From NCBI GenBank assembly GCA_052426225.1, contig JBNJNM010000015.1:1550001-1614000 (forward strand): a DNA stretch of 64,000 nucleotides, written 5' to 3'. The DNA comes from Zancudomyces culisetae HAW-14-8 (taxonomy: Eukaryota; Fungi; Kickxellomycota). The translations under genes were made by a program, and so were the position numbers. Shown in pieces: positions 11,018 to 24,143 of the stretch (positions are counted from its first letter, which is position 1; each line of letters begins with the position of its first letter). The notes under the pieces are model-generated. The model worked only from the letters and a program-made list of their open reading frames with translations, was not told the origin of the DNA and searched no databases.

Positions 11018-11966
11018 TTCAAGTTTTGTGCTAGAGTCGAGTGTTTTTTTTTGTTTTCTTTTTGGTTTCCTACTGCCTTCTATGCTGGAATTGCGGGTAT
11101 TTGGTGATTTATGTGGTCCTTTTGTTCTGATTTTCAGATCACTGTCAAAGTGTTTATTGATCCTAGTTTCAGTTGCGGTTTTTTTTTATTGCTTTGAAAG
11201 ATCGTTTATTTTGGCTGGTTGAGTTTTTACAACCATTTCCTCTCCCCTTTTCGGTTCCACCAAATCAAAAATCATTTTTCCGCACCCGCTTATCTATTGG
11301 ATAATTTGAATTTCATTCTCCTAATTTTCCAATAGCCAAGTTTGCCATCATTTCTCACCTTTTTTTTTTTTTTTGAAATTTAGCTAATTGCATACAAAAT
11401 TACTGCATTTTCTATGAGTGATATTGTCACAATATAAAGTAGATTAAATTAATATACATAAACGGAAATGAAAACGAAAACGAAAATGAAAATATATCAC
11501 AAAGCCGGAATAAATGTTCTGAAATATATACTTTTTTTTCAACCTCAGGAAATTCCCAATCTTGGTCGAATAAACCAACTGGGTTCAAGATAATAGCGAC
11601 AAAAGACAAAACCTGCTGACTAAATTATTGTTTGGAACAATACAAGTATTTTTTAGCTGGTCCACGCTTTTTTGCCCCATCATTCATATTCATACTCCAC
11701 CATTCGTCCGCCATTTAGCTTAGTTTTATAATTTTTTATAATTTTTTTTAAAAAATACTGCCAGTACATCCTTGGTCTTTAATTATTTTTAGCTCCGCTA
11801 GTTTTATCTTTCCATTATACAGTTATTCATTTTTTTAAAGTCCAAATTCTTTTTGGTGGATAGTGATAAACGCTAGCAGCTTATTATATTAATAAAATAA
11901 CCCATTTCGGTGATATAATTCTCAAGTTACTCTCATAAACGTATACAGTGCACGGAAAACACAAGT

Positions 11967-14900
11967 ATGAATATTATCTCTATTTTGCGAACAAGGCCTG
12001 CACGCTTTAAGCCACTTACAAATTCTGCCGAACCCAAATTCCTGAAACTATGGTATTCGACAATTCGTAAGTCCTCTCTCCGTTTATTCATGGTCTATTT
12101 TAATTCAGCTATAATCTCGAAAGGTGCCATTTAGAACAGGCGATTTCTCGGTGTTTACATCCTCGAATCCCATTACCTCTAACCCACTTTTTTTTTTGCT
12201 TAACTCCAAATCCTGTCTTTTGTACGCAGTGAAAAATAAACTCTTACGATCAGCATTCAGGACGAATTAATAAAATAAATAAATAGAGCGGAAGCCACTG
12301 TTGGACAAGATACTGGTTGCGAACAGGCAAGTTTATCTAGAAACTTTCTGATAAACATTTGCTGTAAACTGATGCAGCTACTTTATAAAACTAACGCACA
12401 TATTGTTCATAATAATAATAGGGGTGAAATAGCATGTAGAGTGATGAAAACTGCGAAAAAGTTGGGTGTAAAAACTGTTGCAGTTTACAGCGAAGCTGAT
12501 GCAGATTCTCTTCATACCGAACTGGTAATTTTTGCGATATATTTTCTAGCATTCCAATGATTTTTACATATGCACCAGCCACCAAAGCCTATGGTTTATG
12601 TCATATGGCGTGTTTTATCCAGGAGGTTCATCGCATTTATAGGAAGCAGCGTTTCTAACCTGGTAATATTGTTGTAAATGTCTGTAGGCAGACGAAGCGT
12701 ATTTAATTGGGGCTGCTCCAGCTTCGGAAAGTTATTTGAATAAAGAAAAAATCCTAGAAGTAATACAGAAAACAGGGGCACAAGGGGTTCATCCAGGATA
12801 TGGGTTTTTATCAGAGAATGCTGAGTTTGCAGACTTTTTAGAGTCTAAAGGTATTACATTTATTGGGCCACCAGGAAATGCAATCAGAATGATGGGAAGC
12901 AAAAGTGAAAGTAAGATTATAATGGAGAATGCCAAAGTGCCTGTAGTTCCTGGATATCACGGTAAAAACCAAGATGTGCAGTTTTTAAAGTCGAAAGCGG
13001 GCGAGATAGGATACCCAGTGCTGATAAAAGCCGTAAAAGGTGGAGGTGGAAAGGTATGTCGTAATTTTCTTTCTCTTCTTTCCCCCCTTTTTGGTACTTT
13101 TCTTCTATTTTTTACACAAACCTACAAACTAAGTATTAAAAAATTAGGGTAAGAGAGTAGTTGAAAAGGAGGAAGATTTTGAAATGATGCTTGAATCATC
13201 AAAAAGAGAGGCGATTAAATCGTTTGGAGATGACAAAGTGCTGGTCGAGAAGTATATTACAGCACCACGACATGTCGAGGTACAAGTATTTGCTGATAAA
13301 CATGGGAATGCCGTTTACTTGTTTGAAAGGGATTGTAGTGTTCAACGAAGACATCAAAAAATCCTAGAAGAAGCCCCAGCAGTAAGTAAAAGCTATTTCC
13401 TCCCCCTTTCGCTACTTTTTCCAATTCTTGTTTTTTCATTATTTTTTCCACATTTTTCATTTGTAAGGCTAAAAGCGAGACTTTCGCTCTTATCATCATA
13501 AAAATAAACGGAAGAGACATAATGATTAATAGCCACACCTGAGTAAAAGCGTGAGACAGATGTTGGGAGAAAAGGCAGTAGCAGCAGCTAAGGCCGTAGG
13601 ATACGTTGGTGCAGGGACAGTTGAGTTCATAATGGATAGCAAAACCCAGGAGTTTTACTTTATGGAAATGAACACGCGATTGCAGGTAGAACATCCAGTG
13701 ACGGAAATGATCACAGGAACAGATTTGGTGGAGTGGCAACTTGAGGTAGCAAGTGGGAATAGACTTCCAAAATTACAAAAGGACTTGGTAGCTAATGGGC
13801 ATGCATTTGAGGCGAGAATATATGCCGAAAATCCAGAAAAGTAAGTGGGAAAATGTTTACTCTATTCGAACATTCACTTTTCTCTCTCTTTTTCACTCTC
13901 TTTTATTTTCATTTTTTCGTTTACTTTGTATTAACATTGATGAATGATGTGATTCATCTGAATAGTGGGTTCCTACCAGACGTCGGAAAACTGAAATTTT
14001 TGAGTGTACCAAAGGAGTCGGAATTCATAAGAGTAGATACAGGAGTGCGACTTGGAGACGAAATCTCCGTTTATTATGATCCAATGATTGCAAAGCTCAT
14101 TGTTCATGGTAAAGATAGGACCTCAGCTATTAGGATACTAAACCAAGCGCTTTTAAACTATAGGGTAAGTTAAATAATTTGGTTATGGGTGTGAAAATTT
14201 TTCTTATAACCCGGATGTGAGACAATAGATTGATGTGGAAATGAATTTATCTTGAAATCTGTTATAACAGAAAACTCAAAACGAAATGAAATGAGAAAAA
14301 CACTAACTTTTACAAAACCATAAACGATACTTTGTTTATTTTTATAGATTTTTGGATTGCATACCAACATCAACTTTTTGCGGTCTGTTTTATCATCACA
14401 AAACTTTATTGATGGTGATATTGAGACTGGCTTTATCACGAAGAACCACGACGAGCTTTTCAATAAAGATATAGGATCTAAATTTGAATACATTGCACAG
14501 AGTGCGCTGGTCGTCTTGCTCAACAAAATGGGTAAATTCAATAGCACCAGTGTTACTAAGATCAAAGGTATTTACATTTGATTTTATATTACCGTTTACA
14601 ATGACCTTTTTTCTTTTTCTCCCATCTTTGCTTGTATCTTTTTACAAAACAACTAACTATAATATTTGAAACCCAATCCAACTGTGTAAAATACTTTTAA
14701 TTTATATTTTAGATGCAAACTCACCATGGTACAGCCAGAGCTATTTCAGGTTGGGATCGCCTGAATCTAGGGTTAACAATGTGATGGAGCTAGTGCTAAA
14801 CGACACACACTACAACATTACTGTTGGTGTTAATGAAAGTACGCCGACCGAGTATTTTATTAACGTCCAACCAAAAGATACAAAAGACCAAAGTGGAGGA

Positions 14901-15371
14901 CAAGCCCAATATACTCTTGATTTGCTGGATGTTAAAGTTCTTCCAGTTAAAGGAACCCAAAAAACTCAACACAATAGGATTATTGGGATCAATATTTTGA
15001 CAGCAATTGCTGAGAGCGAGACAAAGTTGGAAAGTGATGTGATTTTAGATGGTAAACACGTATCCATCTTTGGAAAACATGGTCAGATTGCGATGGAAAT
15101 AGTTGACGACACGTCTAGCTTCCGTAAGGATGGTGCATCCAGTGATGGCTCTGGATTAATCGTTGCTCCTATGTCTAGCAAGGTTGTTCAAATTCATGTT
15201 AAACCTGGCCAAAAAGTTGATGTGGGAACTCCACTTATCGTTGTTGAAGCAATGAAAATGGAACATGTCATAAAATCGTCGAAGAAAGGTGTTGTGAAGT
15301 CTGTTGCGTTCAGTGTTGGTGAACTTGTTGGCCAGGGCGATAAACTTGTTGATCTAGAAGCAGATCAGTAA
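11967..15371 (+). CDS. MCCC1: 3-methylcrotonyl-CoA carboxylase alpha (biotin carboxylase plus biotin carrier), about 9 exons
   Basis: Presequence-like exon 1 ([15 protein letters not shown]). Motifs [33 protein letters not shown] (MCC-type), [35 protein letters not shown] and the biotinylation site EAMKM. Confidence 0.9.
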
Positions 15372-15618
15372 GCTTGAAGATTTTCCCCCTGTCCTTCCCT
15401 TTTTTTTCATTTTTTTTCATTTTTTTCACTTTAAATGTACTGATTATCAAATAATTGTTATTTTTCTCCCATTCCTTTGATTCAATATTTTTTTTAAAAA
15501 AAAATAAAAGGGATAATAGCAGTTGAGAGTATCCACTGCGTGAATCTCATTAGCAGGGTGTTCTAATGACGAAACAAAAACAAAAGTCAAAACAAAAATG
15601 CTATGAATCCGCAGGTAG

Positions 15619-17832
15619 TTATATAGAACAATTATCACGCTCAAAAACATTAGGACTATTTGTGCTTGGAGGTCTAGGGTTGTGGCACTTTTGGGTGTGT
15701 CTCCACCAAAATATTTTTGGTACTTTTATAGGAACGTTACGGTTGCTTTCTAGGTTTACCCATAAAAGGCAGTTATGGCACAAACCCTGTTTGTAGTATC
15801 TTCTCGCTGGCGCTGATTTATTTTCGCTTTTGTAGTGACTAGGTATTGCATTTTGCTGAACTTGTGCGCTGTCTTTGAGTACAGCTAGGTCTCCAATATT
15901 TCCAGGATGTTGTTCATTCTTGATTTTGAATGGCATGCCCAATAGCTGCGAAGGATACTCCAGAAGCAAACCTCTGTTGATATCTAGATCCTTGTTCATG
16001 TAAATAACGTCGGATCCATCTGTCGTTTTTTTGTACGACGTTACATACCTGTATTTTATTGGATCCAAGTAGAATTTCCCTGTAACTGAACTTACTCCAT
16101 GGAAAAAGTTCATGTGGTACCTATTATATTTTTCTGCTTGATTAATCGTAAAACACTTTAAAGTTAAGGAAACTTTGATAACTACCACGCCAAAAATTTG
16201 GGTTAGCTATCTTACCAATAAGCACTGCATTTTGTCTTTAGCCATATATCTTTTCCCTCGCGAAAACAAAGCTCACACCTCCCTATTTTTGATGTTCCTA
16301 GACCTCTGACTTCTACTGGGGTGTAGTGGTTCTTTTCGTCACCATCGGTCCTCAACTCGGGTTTAGGTTTCTCAGTATTGTCTATAGTCATATAATGTGA
16401 GTTAGTATGTATATCAATGCTGGTAACGACAAAGCCAGTTGGGTGCGTGCACATCTATAATAACTAAAAATAAAAAAAGATGACTATTGAATTATTACCA
16501 ATGTAGCTGTTGTTCATGCAAACCGATGCGTCTCTGCTATACTCAACGCCTGGAGATGGCTTGTTGTTTTGCACTTGATTAAACGGGGTTCTGTATAGAC
16601 TGGGACTTATAATACAGTTTTGAGAATATTGGGGATGATGGATATATTCGTGAAGTATCATATTGGAATTTAAACTGTTGTAATAGTTTGAAAAGGGTCT
16701 TTTTACTGGTGTATGATATATATTGGCTTGTAGAACTTCCAGTGGCGAAGTTTGTATATGATGAGCATAATCATTATATAGGTGTGTATTTACAGAGTTT
16801 TTTTGCTCTCTTTCCAAATTATTCCAGTTTCTAAGCGCGGCTTGGTTGTAGTAATTTTCTTCACCAAGATTGTCGATTTGAACTGTGGACTGTTTTCTTT
16901 TTTTATGATTATTTTTTGTAGGGTTGCTATCACCAGCTTGAAAATTAAAATCATTGTTGTTTGTAAGATTAAGCATCATCTCCTCGTAATCATGTTGGTT
17001 GTCCTTGTTGTTGCATATCTCTAGTAGAATACACACAAGTAAAATTGTGTTTATTTTGTACAGGTCTATCAATAAATAATAGAAAAAAAAAGAATGACTA
17101 TCCAAGGGGTGTTACCTTTGTAATTTTGCGGATAAAGTACTAGTTCATTGCAATGGTTAGCAAGTTTTCTTTGCCTTTCGGTAAGTTCCAGAAGCTTTGG
17201 TTTTTTTATGGATTCAAAGGTATAGGTGTTATTCAAAAACAACGTGGGGCTGATGGCAAGATTGTTGGCATCGTCCAGTAGATGTTCGTTATATTCGTAG
17301 AGGTGGTGGTTGCCAGGTTGAATTTTAAATGTATTATCGCTGTTTGGCTCCATCTTGGTGACGAACCCGGTATACCCATTTTGTTCGGAAAACTTGCTTT
17401 TATCAAGAAATGTCAAACTGCTTTTTTGGCCTATTTATTATTACTTTTGTTTTTAGCTGGGAGAAGGAGGAAGCCTGGGAGGGACATTGCACGTAATGTA
17501 TCGCTGGTACGCTGATGATAAAATTATGACGCATTTATCCTTAGGTGTAATCTAAAGAGTTAGTGCATTAATGGGAACAACAAAATACCTTCTCTGGTGA
17601 CTGGTGTATTGGTATTTTCAGTGGTTTCTATAATATATATTTAATACCAGATTACTCTTAAGTATATCGATAATCCAATGGCATTTGTTTGATATTTACC
17701 AGGCTCGTCTGCGTTCATGAAGAGAAGTATTTCGTTCATGATACTCTCAACAAAAAGACCGATACTATTATAGTTTGCATCCTTGGTCTCTATGTTAAGC
17801 TCGGATTTGCCTATATTGCACTTTGAATTCAT
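15619..17832 (-). CDS. Rua1/Meu26-like (DUF4451) Cys/His transcription regulator; exons approx. 17832-17700, 17627-17589, 17430-17116, 17020-16499, 16381-16216, 16120-15619
   Basis: YTPVEVRGLG...GRCELC...WLKTKCSAYWYHMNFFHGVSSVTG...QGLCHNCLLW...WWRHTQKCH fits the Rua1 C-terminal domain. Introns are phase-consistent GT-AG; the start codon is less certain. Confidence 0.75.
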
Positions 17833-18920
17833 TTATTCCTGATGTATCTTTAGAGCTGTAGATTTTAATAATACAGCTTTCTATTTGGGTATTCTAATCA
17901 ATAATATTCTTAGTACTGGCAACATTTTTGGGTTAATTTCTTAAACGCTAGCGTAGGCACACGGGTGTATAGAGTATCAGTTTTTACATACCAAGAGGGA
18001 AGAGGTAGATATGCATACATAGAAGGAGGTATCAGGTATAAACAAGCAGTTTTGGTCTATGGTTATTATCAGTATTTACTATTAGTATTTTTTTAAGGGA
18101 AAGTATTCAGCTATTTATAAATATTTATCCGTTGTACATTACTTGTTGGGTTCGACAGCACTTTACTACTTGATTTTCTTTTCTGGCTCTGTTTATTCCA
18201 TTTTTTCGGACTAAAAAAAAAAAAACATGACCATAACCTGCTATATCTTCATTCAAGACAGTCTGACAATTGCATATGTCATTTTATTATTTATTCCATG
18301 TAATGATTACAAATGGATATTTTTCCAGTTTTTTTAGAGATGATGTTAACTATTGTTGCCATTTTCTGCGTCTCTTTTTTTTATTATTGCCATTATTATC
18401 CGGATTAAAGAAGGGTGGGTCTATAGTAAACCAGATATAACCAGACATTCCTCTGCCGTAAAATAGAACGTATGGAAACACAGGCAGGTATTCCAGCAAC
18501 GTCACAACTCTTGAGATATTGGTTATATGCATCCCGATTGTCTCTCCAGTTTGGGGTTTATCCCTCTTTCCTTGTCTACTTGGTAACAATATTCTAGAGG
18601 ATAATCGGACCTTGCTGGATATTTATTTGATTCTTATAATTTTTATTCAAGCTAATAATGTCTAGCAAAATACATGGTGATTTAAGCGCAAGAATAAAGG
18701 AAAAACAAAACTTTTCTTGTTTTCTTGGTAGCTATTGCTTGGTGTCCTGATTCTGAGTTGATTTCCATGATAAATGCCAATGTTTAATTTTAATGGTGCT
18801 GACATTCAAATTAGCTCTAGATCAGAAAAAACGAGCTTGAGGGTTGTCATCAATAACCGATTTATTTTTTTCATTTATATTTATTTACAGATGCATTGTT
18901 TGATGTATATATTTTTAGCA

Positions 18921-19004
18921 TCTATCTGCCTATCGACCTATCCATCTATCGACCTATCCATCTATCGACCTATTCATCTACCTGCCTATCCACCTATCGA
19001 CCTA
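18921..19004 (+). repeat. Degenerate 16-bp minisatellite (unit approx. ATCTATCGACCTATCC, about 5 copies)
   Basis: Tandem copies tctatcgacctatcca directly visible in the RUA1-like/MCD4 intergenic region. Confidence 0.8.
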
Positions 19005-20329
19005 TAACATATTCTTCTAGCCCCTTAGTCTCCCACGCCACATTTTTCTTACCACTTTATACATTCATTGGATTGTTTCTTTTCCTAACTTGAAAAAATT
19101 ATAACCATGACTAGTATACCACAAACCATACTTCATGCAAATTAGTTTACTTTATCACAACATAAACCCAAGTAAACGCAAGCACTAGACTTAAAATACT
19201 GCTTGGTATTGATATTAAGATCGCGATTTGTTTTTATTGGATAAATAAGGTAAATGTATTTTCGGGAGTACAAGACGTTTAGCCACACAATTTCAAGTTC
19301 AAGGAAATGTTTTAACTTCTGAGGCTCAACCGGACAAGTTGCGCTTATCTAGCTTTGACATTTCAACTCCGGGATCCTGTTTACGGCTTTACACACAATA
19401 TCACACGATATTTTCAGCTATGTAATTTAACTACATCTTTATACCTGGGTGGACATATAGTGCAGGTGCTTCAAGGAAACAAACCCCGATCTGCGGATAT
19501 GGGTACCAAGTTCTTATGGTAGGGACAATATCTTGGTGGGAAGCTTGATGGTGCAACGTGTTCTTATATGGGCGGGTTCAGTTATGTGGTGTTGTAATTA
19601 CATAAAAGCAAATAAACTGTATTTCAAACATCGGGATCAATATCCACTTTCGTTTTTTTCACAATTTCTTGAGCAATCAAAAGACGATGATGCTTTGGTA
19701 TTTAACCAGTAACTTTTTTTTTTTTGGCTTAACCAGTAATTTTAATAATAAATACTAGGATTAACGGGAAAAATTTTTTTTACTCTAGTATTTTTTCTGT
19801 CATTGTTGTGGATAGAGCAGCCAAGAAAACAAACGGGTTTATTGGACGAATCAGCCGGACAATTATGTTCGATTGTACATCCAAAAAACAGAACAATTGT
19901 TCATAAACTATTGACTGTTTGTAGAAAAAGGATTTCAATTTATCAGGAAACAGCTGTTCGATATATTTTAGTCTTGATATTAGACCAATTCGTTAAGCTA
20001 AGAAACGAAATTTTAAGACAGAAAGACCAAAGCTATCGAGATTAAAAGATATTTCGATTTGACAAGTGCACTAGGTGAGCAGGGGAGATTGAACGGGATT
20101 CAAAAGTACAAATTTTGGGTGGAGAGTTATACGATTTGGAGGATTTCCTGCATAAGAAAAAGACAGATAGACTAGCAAAAATATATATATATATATAATA
20201 GTAGCTATTTTTTTTCTGTTTTCATTCTCCCGTCTCCCTAATATTTAAAAAAAGAAAAGCAAATTAAAATAAGGACTTGGGTAGCTAGCCAAAAAAAAAA
20301 GTAAAAGTAGAAGTAAAAGTGGGAGGAAA

Positions 20330-23300
20330 ATGTTGACAATATCGCGAAATGGGCTGTTGTTGATAGGCCTGGTGTTTCACGTTGTGTATCTGTTTAGTAT
20401 TTTTGATATATACTTTACGTCACCTCTTGTCCACGGCATGGAGCCACAACTAGTTAAAGGCGAGCCACCAGCAAAAAGATTGATATTATTTGTAGGTAAG
20501 TGATGCAGATTGTTTTTATTAGTTTCTGGAGGGCAGAAATGCTGGTTTCTGAGAACACCATTTCATCTTTATACTAAATGAATATATAAAAACAAAACAA
20601 AACAAAACAAAACAAAACAAAACAAAACAAAACAAAAGCTAAAGAAATAAGACAAATAAAATAGCCGATGGACTAAGGGCAGACAAGTTTTTCGGGCAAT
20701 ATCAGAACATCTCGGATACCAAGCAAAAGCACTTAGCACCATACATGCGAAAGTTGATTGAAACAGAAGCAACCTTTGGGGTTTCGCACACCAGAGTTCC
20801 AACAGAAAGCCGGCCAGGACACGTTGCGTTAATAGCAGGATTTTATGAGGACGTTTCAGCAGTAACAAAAGGGTGGAAGATGAATCCTGTAAAATTTGAC
20901 TCACTGATTAACCAAACCAGATACACATGGTCGTTTGGATCGCCAGATATTCTTCCAATGTTTGCAGAGGGGGCGACGGATAAGACAAAAGTGGAGACGA
21001 TAATGTATGGGGCAGAGAGTGAGGATTTTGGGGGAGCGGCATGGCATTTGGACGAGTTTGTTTATTTGAAAGTCAAAGAGATGTTTGAGACAGCAAAAGT
21101 AGATGGTGGGTTAAGAGACAAACTCAACAAGGATAAGATAGTGATATTTATGCATATGTTAGGGTTGGACACTAATGGACATGCTTTCCGGCCAACTTCA
21201 AGGGAATATTTAGACAATATTGGATATGTGGATAAGATTGTACAAGATACCGTCAAGATGGTAGACGAGTTTTACGGACATGATGGAAAAACAACGTATG
21301 TGTTTTCAGCAGATCATGGAATGGAGGATCATGGTGTTCACGGAGATGGACACCCAGATAATACTAGAACACCGCTTGTAGCATGGGGAGCAGGTATAAA
21401 CAAGCCAGTGAAGGGCGGACGTGGAGGAGAAAGAGCGAAAGGACATGATGAGTTTTCGGAAAATTGGGGACTTGACCAATACGAGCGAAATGATGTTAAC
21501 CAGGCGGATATAGCACCTTTGATGTCTTCAATGCTGGGAATTCCACTTCCAATGAACTCTGTGGGGAAAATACCGCTAAGTTATTTGTCAGGAACAGATG
21601 AATTTAAAGCACAAGCACTGTATGCAAATGCCAGACAGATAGCTGAACAGTTTAAAACTAAAGAAAGAGAGAAAAAAAAGTATCGGCTTTCGTTTGTACC
21701 ATTTGAAGCATCTACATCAGCGGGAGGAGGTGGAATAGACACACATCTACTTCGGATATCACAAAGACTGCTAATGCGAGAGTATAAAGAGGCAATAAGT
21801 CTTAGCGAGGAGGTGATACAGCTTGGATTGGATGGATTGAGTTACTATCAAAAATATGATTGGATCCTCTTAAAAACCGTAATTACTCTGGGATACTTGG
21901 GATGGATGGCATTCAGTGCTATATTCATTATTGAAAACTACGTGTTACAAGGGAAGGCCTCAAGGGAGATCAAGAGAATCAGAGAGGAAGACAAAAGAGA
22001 AAAGGATGAAAAGCAAAGAGAAAAGGAGAAAAAAAGAACCGGAAAGAAAAAGTGGACAGTATCAGTAGTAGACTATTTTGTTGGCGAAGAGGACTATCTC
22101 CCAAGTAAGGAGATTTTGGAGCAGCAGGCGAAAGACCGATTGGAAGAAGATAAGAAAAAAGGGAGGATTCGCTTGGAGCAGTGGGGACTTTTCGAATATG
22201 TTATGGTCATCTCGGTGTTTGTAGTTCTTTCTCTGCTACTATATGTCCAGAATCTTCCATATATATACTACGCATATATTGCGTTCCCTTATTACTTTTG
22301 GATAGCATCATGCAAACAATTATCTGAGCTTTTCCAACTTACAGATACGAGCTTGAATTTTAAAGCCCAATTTAAGGATCTAACGGCAAATTTAGCCACA
22401 GGTGTATCAAACCGCTTCGGCCAAACCATACCAATGTTGGTTACAGTTATAGCTTTAGAGATGTTGGTGTACACCTACTACGAACGCAGAGTATACACTG
22501 TCATATTGCTTTTGATGGGATTTTCGTGGCCATTTGTAATTCCCAAGTCTGTAATCAGACAAGAATGGAAAACAGTCGCCTCATTTACCTTCTTTTGCTG
22601 TGCCACCAGTGTATTTACTTTGCTTCCTGTAAAAATGGCTGAAAACCAATTTCTATGCTTGGTTGGTGGATTTCTCATCACTGGCTTTGGAGTCTTTGCC
22701 ATGTTCTTCACAGATAGCATAATAGCTGAAGTAAGCGGATTCGACTCTTCTCTCAGCTCCAACTCTTCGTCCAAATCTTCATCCAAACCCACTGCTAGAT
22801 ACACTACAGCCATCCCTGGTCTTGAACCTTCAAAATCCATGTACGATAGGTACCTATTGGCTTTCCAGTCCTTTTTGGTCTTTGCTGCTACATTGGTTGT
22901 CTACAGCACCTCCTGCAGCCTCCAGCAGCGAAAAGGTCTTCCTTTATTTAACCAAATTCTAGCTTGGCTTCTTTTTGCTGTATCTATCCTTCCTATCATT
23001 GTCTTCCCCAGAGCCTCTCGATATCTAAACCAACACTTTATCTGCAGACTCTTTAATCTGTTTCTGGCCTTTGCTGTTCCAATGGTTCTGCTAACCATCT
23101 CTTTTGAGTCTTTGTTTTACTTTTGCTTTTTTGGCCTCATGATGTCTTTACTGATTCTAGAGCAAATTATGTATCGTGTGAAAAATGCCTCGATTTTATC
23201 TCTGCCTCTATCCTATATCCCTATCAGCGCCATCTCTGCCTCCACCTCCACCTCTACCTCTACTTCCACCCATTTGAGCGCCAAGAACTCTACTATTTCT

Positions 23301-23795
23301 TCCGATCGAAACACCTACCGCCCTATATCTTACTCGGATCTACGCATTTCAATCATGTTTTTGATGTTTATAAATCTGGCCTTCTTTGGTACTGGAAACC
23401 TCGCTTCGATTTCCTCTTTCTATCTAGAATCTGTTTACAGACTCATCACTACCTTCAGCCCCTTCTTCATGACTTTCTTGCTGCTGCTAAAGATCTTTAT
23501 CCCCTTCCTTCTTGTCTCTTCAATCTTTGTTGTTCTAAACACCATGCGTAACCTGCCCGACTTTTGTTTATTCCTACTGGCTCTAAGTACTACCGATTTA
23601 ATGACTCTGAATTTCTTTTTCAATGTTAGAGATGAGGGTTCTTGGTTAGACATTGGAACCAGTATCAGTCATTTCTGCATTTCCAGTCTTTCTGTACTGT
23701 TTTCCACTGTTCTCTTTGTTATAAGCTATTGGGGACTGATCGGTAATGCCCTGGTTCCTGTTTCTTCTGTTAGAAAGCATTTTAAAAGCAATTAA
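20330..23795 (+). CDS. MCD4: GPI ethanolamine phosphate transferase 1 (exons 20330-20495 and 20665-23795)
   Basis: [32 protein letters not shown] (across the intron), [32 protein letters not shown], and a multi-TM C-terminus with [10 protein letters not shown] and [14 protein letters not shown]. Confidence 0.95.
20589..20637 (+). repeat. (AAAAC)n microsatellite in the MCD4 intron
   Basis: About 10 perfect AAAAC units just upstream of the 3' splice site. Confidence 0.9.
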
Positions 23796-24143
23796 GCCTT
23801 TGTTTTATTATTTATTATCTTAACCTTTCTATTTTCATTTGATCTTAATAAAAGTTTCAGCAATAAACCTCTGTTGTACACAAACTACCCCTTTCTCCCT
23901 TCACAAATACTTTTTTGTTTGTCTTTTGCCTCTCCGCAAATTCTTGTAGTTTGATAATTTCTTGAAAATAAGGGTAATAATAATAGTACATAATGATCTC
24001 CCTCCCCCAACCTTTTTTTCATTACAATTTTTCATTTTAACCTCTCCCTCTTTGTTTAGGAAAGTACAAAAAAGAACAAAGAATAAGCAAATAGAGAAAA
24101 GGAGGGAAAAGTAGAAAAGTACAAAAAAATATCAACTAGAATA

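Noticed and set aside
18140-18170. GGGTTCGAC, a tRNA T-loop-like string
   Set aside because: No T-stem pairing, D-arm or acceptor stem around it.
18921-19004. Repeat array considered as CRISPR-like
   Set aside because: Tandem degenerate units without unique spacers, eukaryotic context, and no cas genes.
19803-20045. 80-aa ORF, plus an alternative-frame peptide AAKKTNGFIGRISRTI resembling a LINE reverse-transcriptase C-terminal motif
   Set aside because: TTG start; the similarity stops after a few residues, with no downstream LINE motif and an early stop.
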